From Candidatus Methanoperedens sp. (lineage in GTDB: Archaea; Halobacteriota; Methanosarcinia; Methanosarcinales; Methanoperedenaceae): a DNA stretch of 32,000 bases. The notes beneath the pieces were generated by a model. The model saw only the letters and a list, made by a program, of their open reading frames with translations, was not told the origin of the DNA and made no database searches. Position 1 is the stretch's first letter; each line of letters opens with the position of its first letter. The position numbers and the translations under genes were made by a program. This document shows, piece by piece, positions 24,183-30,681 of this stretch. Location: positions 30,001 to 62,000 of the forward strand of contig JAPZAR010000020.1 in NCBI GenBank assembly GCA_027460535.1, given 5' to 3'.

Positions 24183-25283
24183 ATGGATAAAATATCATCT
24201 ACAACAATCATAAAGAATTGGATTTCAGCAAATAAGGTTCCAATAATTATAATATTAGTAGTCATGTTCTCAGCAGTGGTAGTAGTTTCTGAGAAAATGC
24301 TTGAAATAACCGAGAATCCTGCTTTCTGCGGGAAGAACTGCCATATTATGAGGCCTTACTATGACTCATGGCGAACTTCCTCGCATAATGATGTTCGATG
24401 TGTGGAATGCCATTATGAACCCGGGTTAATCGGGCATATCAAAGGCAAGATCAATGGACTAATGCAATTCTACAGCTATGAGACGACAGTTGATGAATAT
24501 TCAGGCCAATTATATGCTAAGGTCATGGACAAAAACTGCCTTGCCTGCCATGAGAAGCATATCTTTTCTTCAGATATCGGTTACATGGGCGTGAACTTCA
24601 GCCATAAAAATCACCTGCTCGAATCCAAAAGAGGAATATCACTAACATGCACGAGCTGCCACTCCATGCTTGTAATAGGGATGAGAGAACATCAGTCAGT
24701 AACAGATCCTACATGCATGCAGTGCCATCCTAATATGGCGAGCAACGATGTCGGGCATATCGTGGTCACGAATTCAACATGCTTTACATGTCACTTCAGG
24801 GATGTGGCGGGCAATACGTCAATATCCGGCTGCCCCTCCTGCCACGGTCCACCGAAGGAAATGACGCACAGCAATTATACGAACTTCAATCATACAAGTC
24901 ATTTGAGCCGGGGATTTGAATGCCTGACCTGCCATACCAATATATCAAGCAATGCTAATGACATTGTTCCGAAAGAGAAATGCTTCTCCTGCCACAATGT
25001 CAAGGAGAGAGTTGACAAGTACGATGATTTCAGCTTAGTGCACAATACCCATGTCACGAACAATAAGATCGCATGCTACAACTGTCACTCCAATGTTCTG
25101 CATTCACCGGAAATAAAAAAGGACCTGTGTGCCAATTGTCACGGCAATGAACATCCGAGCGATTGGTTAAAAACACATAAGACGCAGGTTTTGATTGGTA
25201 AAGTTTGCAGTGACTGTCATCAGCCCAAGTTCTGCGCAGACTGTCATGCCACCGGAGTAGCAAATGGGAAAATAGCAAAATAA
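24183..25283 (+). CDS. NapC/NirT/NrfH-like membrane-anchored multiheme cytochrome, expanded (12 CXXCH + 1 CX3CH)
   Basis: N-terminal TM helix VPIIIILVVMFSAVVVV. FCGKNCHIMRPYYDSWRTSSHNDVRCVECH parallels the NapC/NirT N-terminal FCxSCHxM...S.H...C.DCH pattern. Twelve further CXXCH motifs were counted by hand. Confidence 0.85.
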   Translation: MDKISSTTIIKNWISANKVPIIIILVVMFSAVVVVSEKMLEITENPAFCGKNCHIMRPYYDSWRTSSHNDVRCVECHYEPGLIGHIKGKINGLMQFYSYETTVDEYSGQLYAKVMDKNCLACHEKHIFSSDIGYMGVNFSHKNHLLESKRGISLTCTSCHSMLVIGMREHQSVTDPTCMQCHPNMASNDVGHIVVTNSTCFTCHFRDVAGNTSISGCPSCHGPPKEMTHSNYTNFNHTSHLSRGFECLTCHTNISSNANDIVPKEKCFSCHNVKERVDKYDDFSLVHNTHVTNNKIACYNCHSNVLHSPEIKKDLCANCHGNEHPSDWLKTHKTQVLIGKVCSDCHQPKFCADCHATGVANGKIAK

Positions 25284-25329
25284 GGCTTTTCCCCACTTTT
25301 CTATTTCCTGAAATGTATCAGGCCTCCCA

Positions 25330-25911
25330 ATGAAGATTTCATATAAGAATACTACAGTAAAAATTGCACCAAATGTATATGAACCTTCGGAAGATTCATT
25401 CATGCTTGCTGATGCGGCATTGTCGGAAATAAGAGAATCGGAAACCGTTTTAGAAGTCGGATGTGGAAGCGGGATAATATCACGGGTTATAAAAGAACAT
25501 TCAAAAGCCAGTGTTATCGGTATCGATATTAACCCACATGCAGTAAAGACCACAAAAGAAAACGGGGTAGAGGTCATAAGAGGAGATCTCTTGCATTGCC
25601 TTAAAGGAAAATTTGACATGATAATCTTCAATCCACCATACCTGCCAACCGGAGAAGGCGAAAGGACAAAGGATTGGATGAACACGGCTCTGGATGGGGG
25701 ATACGATGGAAGGAGGGTGATCTACAGTTTTCTTGAGAATGCAGGTGATCGCCTTGTTGAAAAGGGCAGGATTCTGATGGTCTTATCCTCTCTTACGGGG
25801 ATAGAACAGGTAAAAGAGATGATGGAATCATTGGGTTATACGGTAACAAATAAGGCTGTGGAAAGATTCAGCTTTGAACAGCTCACGGTTATACTTGCCG
25901 CGAAGATATGA
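25330..25911 (+). CDS. HemK/Mtq2-family protein (glutamine-N5) methyltransferase
   Basis: VLEVGCGSGIIS (SAM motif I) and IIFNPPYLP (NPPY catalytic motif). 193 aa, as in the archaeal HemK-related enzymes. Confidence 0.85.
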   Translation: MKISYKNTTVKIAPNVYEPSEDSFMLADAALSEIRESETVLEVGCGSGIISRVIKEHSKASVIGIDINPHAVKTTKENGVEVIRGDLLHCLKGKFDMIIFNPPYLPTGEGERTKDWMNTALDGGYDGRRVIYSFLENAGDRLVEKGRILMVLSSLTGIEQVKEMMESLGYTVTNKAVERFSFEQLTVILAAKI

Positions 25912-25928
25912 GATGTAAATCTCCATCA

Positions 25929-26210
25929 CTAAACATCGATCTCCGCAAATCTATCGATATCAGTCCTGTGACCCCAGATATCCCCAACAACCAATTTCAC
26001 ATTTCTCATTTTTAAAAACATCTTTGTGGTATTTGAAATCGTCTTGTGGTATGACGAAGGCAATTGTATTCTTTTCAGCCTCGGGCATTTATTCACCACT
26101 TCAAAAATGTTTTTTTCAGAAGGCCTGAAACAGAAATGTACGTTCTCTTCATTGTCACTTACATCGGCAAGGTCGTCCTCAGAGCCGATAATTCTAAAAA
26201 CAACTTTCAT
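25929..26210 (-). CDS. Conserved-looking small archaeal protein (possibly DUF1699-like), function unknown
   Basis: The 93 aa product MKVVFRIIGSEDD...VHFCFRPSEKNIFEVVNKCPRLKRIQLPSSYHKT...GDIWGHRTDI resembles, from memory, a Methanosarcinales-restricted family. Unverified. Confidence 0.4.
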   Translation of the reverse strand: MKVVFRIIGSEDDLADVSDNEENVHFCFRPSEKNIFEVVNKCPRLKRIQLPSSYHKTISNTTKMFLKMRNVKLVVGDIWGHRTDIDRFAEIDV

Positions 26211-26373
26211 AATATTCTATCTTGCAATACTACTATTTATATTTTTTTACTTATTGATGCGATTTCTAGTCTAGAGCCCGAAATCTTCACAAATGATTAA
26301 ATTTAAGTAATGAAACGGCTACATCTGGAAAATACTTTTCTATTCAAGAAAAACATATGACAGAACAAAACGT

Positions 26374-27333
26374 ATGAATATCGGAAAATTGAGATTGAAC
26401 GGATGTCTCCTCCTTGCCCCCATGTCCGGAGTCACCAACTTGCCAATGAGGCTTCTCTGCAAAAAACATGGTGCCTCCCTTGTGTACTCTGAAATGGCCT
26501 GTTCTGAGGGAATCGTAAGAAAGAACCCGAAGAGTATCGCAAGGGGCGTTACCTGCATGGATGAGCGGCCTTTTGGTATCCAGTTACTTGGTTCCAGTGC
26601 CGACGCCCTGGTGAGATCAGCCTCCATCCTTCAAGAAATCCACATGCCTGAACTTATAGATATGAATTTTGGCTGTCCTTCCCAGTGTGTTCTTAGAAAT
26701 GGGTTCGGGTCGGCGCTTTTAAAAAAGCCGGAGGAGGTCGAAGATATAATAAAAAAATTATCGGGATCTCTTGATGTGCCTGTGACTGCAAAGATAAGAG
26801 TGTTGAATAGCCATGAAGAAACACTGAAAATAGCACGTATCATTGAAAAATCAGGGGCAAGCGCGATAACAGTTCACGGGAGGACACCAAAACAGCAGTA
26901 CTCAGGAAAATCAAACCTTGAGATAATCAGGAAAATAAAAAACGAGCTTTCGATCCCAGTGATTGCAAACGGGGATATCTCTGATGAAAAGCAAGCCGAG
27001 CTTGTGCTGAAATACACGCAGTGCGATGGGATAATGATAGGAAGGGCTGCCATCGGTAATCCATATATCTTCCGCAGGATCGCACATTATCTCGATACGG
27101 GGGAACTATTACAGCCACGAACGTTCGGGGACCAGATAGGAGAATTTTTTGAGTATGCAGCTTTATGCAGCAAATATGATATGATGGCTTATAGTGATTT
27201 GAAGCTTAAAGCCCAGTGGTTCCTGAAAAAAAGGGAAAATATAAGATCCGAGCGCAAAAAGATAAACGAAGCGAAGGATATCGATATGATATTGAAAATC
27301 ATGAGTGGATTGAGGGAGGAATCTTCGGGGTAG
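26374..27333 (+). CDS. dus: tRNA-dihydrouridine synthase (Dus family, FMN TIM barrel)
   Basis: LAPMSGVTNLPMRLLC, DMNFGCP, VTAKIR, ITVHGRT, PVIANGDI and GIMIGRAAIGNPYIF. Confidence 0.9.
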   Translation: MNIGKLRLNGCLLLAPMSGVTNLPMRLLCKKHGASLVYSEMACSEGIVRKNPKSIARGVTCMDERPFGIQLLGSSADALVRSASILQEIHMPELIDMNFGCPSQCVLRNGFGSALLKKPEEVEDIIKKLSGSLDVPVTAKIRVLNSHEETLKIARIIEKSGASAITVHGRTPKQQYSGKSNLEIIRKIKNELSIPVIANGDISDEKQAELVLKYTQCDGIMIGRAAIGNPYIFRRIAHYLDTGELLQPRTFGDQIGEFFEYAALCSKYDMMAYSDLKLKAQWFLKKRENIRSERKKINEAKDIDMILKIMSGLREESSG

Positions 27334-27380
27334 TTTCGCTCACACATATCTTTAATACAAAAAAACATATTCTAAATCAT

Positions 27381-29090
27381 ATGAAAGGCTGGGCAGGCAG
27401 GATCATAGAGATAGATCTGACTGATGAGAAGATCACAGAAACAAAGAGTGATTTAAGTACACTTCATTACTTTATCGGAGGGAGAGGGCTGGGAGTTAAG
27501 CTGTATTATGATGCTGTGAGCACCGATATCGACCCCTTGGGCCCGGAAAATTTCCTTATATTCGCGACTGGCCCTCTTACCGGAACGGGGGCTCCCATGT
27601 CGGGCAGGCACGCTATGGTATCAAAATCCCCACTTACAGGAACGATATTTGGTTCCAGCAGCGGGGGTTTTTTCGGGAAAGAGCTAAAGTTCGCAGGGAT
27701 AGATGCGCTTTTGATAAAAGGGGCTTCAGAGGAGCCATCTTATATTTCTATCGAGAACGAAAAAATTGAGATACATCACGCAGAACAATTATGGGGAGAG
27801 AACGTCAGGGCATGCACGGATAAACTCTTATCTAAAGGGCGCGTTGCATGCATCGGGCGGGCGGGGGAGAGGCTTGTTCCCATTGCAAATGTCATGAATG
27901 ATTACTTTCATGCCGCAGGGCGCGGAGGTCTGGGTGCGGTAATGGGTTCAAAGAAGCTCAAGGCGATCGTGGTGAAAGGGGACAGGAGACCATCGATTGC
28001 GGATGAAGCGGGGTTTGAGGAAGCCTGCCAGGATGCGCTCCGTCTTTTGAAATCAGGATCTTCAAAAGGTCTGTCCACATACGGGACTTCAGCTATGGCG
28101 AGCCTGATGAATTATACGAAAATATTGCCCACGGGGAACTTTCAGAGAAGTGAATTTAGCGGTATGGATAAAATTTCAGGCGAATTCATCAAAGAAAATT
28201 ATGATATTAAAGGACATGCGTGTTATAATTGCGTTGTGGCGTGCAAGCACATAATTAAAAGCGGAGCAATGGAAGGATACGAAGTCCCGGAATACGAAAC
28301 CCTCTGGGCCTACGGGCCTGATAATAACAACGCGGATATGGATATGATAATCAGGGCCAACCGCTTCTGCAATGATTATGGGATAGATACTATATCCTCC
28401 GGTTCTACCATTGCGGCGTATGCCGAGATAATGGGCGAGGATATGAAAGAGTTATCCGGGCTTGTAAAAAAAATCGGCGAGAATGAAGGTATCGGCAAAG
28501 ACCTTGGAAAGGGTTCAAAGACATTTGCGCAATCGCGTGGAAAAGATGTCGCGATGCATGTAAAAGGGCTTGAGATCCCGGGATACGACCCAAGAGGAGT
28601 GCTGGGCATGGCGATTGCCTATGCCACTTCCAATCGAGGAGGATGCCATCTGAGGGCATATACGGTGGCGCCAGAAGTCCTCGGCAGGCCGGAAAAGGTA
28701 GACAGGCTGACGTTTTCAGGAAAAGCAGGACTTGTGCAGGTATTACAGAATGCCTCTGCGTCCCTGGACTCACTGGTGCTGTGCAAGTTCGTATCATTTG
28801 CGATCTCGGAAAGAGAATTAGCAAATCTTCTAAGTACTGCAACCGGTGTGGATTATTCCACAGAAAAATTCTTGAAATGTGGCGAGAGGATATGGAACCT
28901 TGAAAGGCTGTTCAATAATAAAGCGGGGTTCTCGCGAAAGGACGATTGCCTTCCTGAGCGATTCTTCGGGAATGAGGGAATAAACAGGGCGGAATTTGAA
29001 AAAGCGCTGGATGAGTATTATCAATTAAGGGGCTGGGATAAGAATGGGGTACCGACACAGGAGAAGTTGAAAGAATTGAATCTTGCGTAG
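27381..29090 (+). CDS. aor: Aldehyde:ferredoxin oxidoreductase (tungsto/molybdopterin AOR family)
   Basis: The start is moved to MKGWAGRIIEIDLT (ATG at 27381; TATA-like tttaatac about 30 nt upstream, after the dus stop). FIGGRGLG, FATGPLTGT, CYNCVVACKH (4Fe-4S ligands), SNRGGCHLR and the C-terminal YYQLRGWD. Confidence 0.9.
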   Translation: MKGWAGRIIEIDLTDEKITETKSDLSTLHYFIGGRGLGVKLYYDAVSTDIDPLGPENFLIFATGPLTGTGAPMSGRHAMVSKSPLTGTIFGSSSGGFFGKELKFAGIDALLIKGASEEPSYISIENEKIEIHHAEQLWGENVRACTDKLLSKGRVACIGRAGERLVPIANVMNDYFHAAGRGGLGAVMGSKKLKAIVVKGDRRPSIADEAGFEEACQDALRLLKSGSSKGLSTYGTSAMASLMNYTKILPTGNFQRSEFSGMDKISGEFIKENYDIKGHACYNCVVACKHIIKSGAMEGYEVPEYETLWAYGPDNNNADMDMIIRANRFCNDYGIDTISSGSTIAAYAEIMGEDMKELSGLVKKIGENEGIGKDLGKGSKTFAQSRGKDVAMHVKGLEIPGYDPRGVLGMAIAYATSNRGGCHLRAYTVAPEVLGRPEKVDRLTFSGKAGLVQVLQNASASLDSLVLCKFVSFAISERELANLLSTATGVDYSTEKFLKCGERIWNLERLFNNKAGFSRKDDCLPERFFGNEGINRAEFEKALDEYYQLRGWDKNGVPTQEKLKELNLA

Positions 29091-29109
29091 CTACTTTTTC
29101 AATTTATTT

Positions 29110-29385
29110 AACCGCAGATAAAAGCGCCCAGAGTCACGGGCCTCCCGAGTTGCGCCTTAGGAGGGCGCGTTCACGTCAACCGTCACGTCAGTTGACGCCG
29201 TGCACACGTATGCCAGCGTACTGGCATACGTGGACGCGTCCTCAAGGGGCGCAACCCTTGACGTATGGCTTCGCCATACGTGGAGTTACGTGTCTTTGCA
29301 TTGCGGTGGGCATGACGCCGATAAACGCAGATTTGTTGCTAAGCATCTGCATTTTCTGCGTTCATTTGCTGGCTATTTTTCAAAT
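29110..29385. other. GC-rich hairpin-dense non-coding island E2 (candidate structured RNA or REP/MITE-like element) in a convergent intergenic gap
   Basis: Perfect stems: 12 bp at 29205-29232 (cacgtatgccag/cgta/ctggcatacgtg), 9 bp at 29261-29281 (acgtatggc/ttc/gccatacgt), 7 bp at 29174-29197 (cgtcaac...gttgacg), and gcgcc/ggcgc at 29152-29168. An alternative long-range pairing links gttgcgcc (29149-29156) with ggcgcaac (29248-29255). A terminal pair of competing hairpins (gcagat/atctgc versus aacgcaga/tctgcgtt, 29324-29362) is followed by T-rich sequence. Confidence 0.55.
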
Positions 29386-29480
29386 AAATCATAATTCTTG
29401 AGGCACATCTGTCATTAAGAAATCGATTTAATATGAATGCATGGTTGCTTGCACATATTCCCAGGCGAACTTCATTAACA

Positions 29481-30314
29481 TCATTCACAAACAGGAAATA
29501 TTTTATCTTTCAAGTTTGTTTCCAGATCCTGTTTCATTGTTTCAATAACATTGTTAATAATGCCCTCGACTTCTTTCTTTAATACGTCGTCATTTTTGAA
29601 AAAATCATCGTCTGTTTTTGCATTATATTGTGCGCCATGAGTTCTATATACAAAACCGAACGGAGCAAGAACATACCCCATTTGCTGAAAATAAATAAAA
29701 ATGTCCAATGCCGTTTTCATTCCTCCATCCTCATGGCCATTGACTAAAATCCCAACAACTTTTCCAGTAGTTAAGCCTTCTTTTTTCAGTAAATAAAGAT
29801 TTTGAAGGCATGTCAGCCTGTCCAGAAAATCCTTTAATCGCGCAGAAATATTATTCCAATTTATAGGAGAAGCCACGATCACTGCTTTGGAATCAACTAT
29901 CATCTCATGGAGTGCAGGCGCATCATCCAGCTGGTTCCTGCATGGGTATGTGCATGCAGAATCCCTCATACTGTAGCAGCACCAGCAGTGTTGAATATCC
30001 AATTCGTTCAAATTAAACAGTCTATAACTCACGCCTGTTCTTTTAAGAGCTTTTTCTGCCAAACTTACTAAAACTCCAGTATTATGACCTCTGTGAGAAC
30101 TTCCATTAATCAATAAAACATCAAATTTTTCCCCATCGTATCTGAGTTTTTGCTTATCATTTAGTTCCGAATATTCTTTAGAAGAACTACTGCATTGGGG
30201 ACATTCTTCCGGAGGCTCATTTCCCTTATGGATATACCCGCACACGCTGCATTTCCAGGCTTTACTTTTTTGCAAGCTGATCTTTTTCGTTTCCGCGGAT
30301 GCAGTAGTAAACAT
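29481..30314 (-). CDS. Rubredoxin-like zinc/iron ribbon fused to an iron-sulfur-flavoprotein-like (NADPH-dependent FMN reductase / flavodoxin-fold) domain
   Basis: WKCSVCGYIH...CPQCSS is a rubredoxin-type CxxC...CxxC. LLINGSSHRGHNTG, the Cys cluster HCWCCYS...ACTYPC and VIVASPINWNNISARLKDFLDR indicate an Isf/FMN-reductase fold. The start is uncertain: ATG at 30314 overlaps the upstream ORF by 52 nt, and TTG at 30275 is an alternative. Confidence 0.7.
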   Translation of the reverse strand: MFTTASAETKKISLQKSKAWKCSVCGYIHKGNEPPEECPQCSSSSKEYSELNDKQKLRYDGEKFDVLLINGSSHRGHNTGVLVSLAEKALKRTGVSYRLFNLNELDIQHCWCCYSMRDSACTYPCRNQLDDAPALHEMIVDSKAVIVASPINWNNISARLKDFLDRLTCLQNLYLLKKEGLTTGKVVGILVNGHEDGGMKTALDIFIYFQQMGYVLAPFGFVYRTHGAQYNAKTDDDFFKNDDVLKKEVEGIINNVIETMKQDLETNLKDKIFPVCE

Positions 30315-30489
30315 GTCTAAACCCCATTTTTTCGTGAACCGGACAGCCCGGGCACAAACATCCTTTTTCCTCTTTAATGCATTTGCTTTTTCCAATTGTC
30401 GAAAGACAAAATGCTATTTCTTCCCTGCATTCGATATATGTGGGACAAAGCCCGCATATGCATAACTTAATGGCTTCTTTTTTATCCAT
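30262..30489 (-). CDS. Small Cys-rich protein (DUF2769-like)
   Basis: CICGLCPTYIEC...FC...CIKEEKGCLCPGCPV...YYC. The cysteine pattern resembles the DUF2769 family from memory. 75 aa. Confidence 0.5.
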   Translation of the reverse strand: MDKKEAIKLCICGLCPTYIECREEIAFCLSTIGKSKCIKEEKGCLCPGCPVHEKMGFRHVYYCIRGNEKDQLAKK

Positions 30490-30681
30490 ATTATCTCCTA
30501 TAACCGCAATATATTGATTTTATTGATTATGTATTTTAGCTATTCGGATTAATTAGATATACTGATAAAGAAAATCCTCTCTCCAATATAATTACCCTTG
30601 CCCTGATCTGCTATAGATGAACTTAATTATATTTACGATGCGTGATCAGTAGAAAGTGTAGGTTGCCTGCCATATTTCATT

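Noticed and set aside
23755-24265. Minus-strand ORFs 23755..24198 and 23807..24265 over the second cytochrome gene; also 25167..25685 and 25054..25296
   Set aside because: They are antisense to cytochrome and HemK genes with strong motif support, and have no features of their own.
27216-27380. N-terminal 55 aa extension of the AOR ORF (start at 27216)
   Set aside because: It overlaps the 3' end of dus in another frame. AOR-family proteins begin at the MKGWAGRIIEIDLT-type sequence, and a TATA-like element lies just upstream of 27381.
29113-29332. E2 as a MITE with a 7 bp target-site duplication (CGCAGAT at both borders)
   Set aside because: The sequences just inside the putative duplications show no terminal inverted repeat, so a classical MITE or transposon footprint is not supported. 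The repeat is noted but not called a mobile element.
29150-29401. 83 aa and 64 aa plus-strand ORFs inside GC island E2
   Set aside because: Their composition (RRARSRQPSRQ..., WHTWTRPQ...) is dictated by the hairpin repeats. Two overlapping frames are equally open, and there is no Shine-Dalgarno or promoter. They are treated as non-coding.
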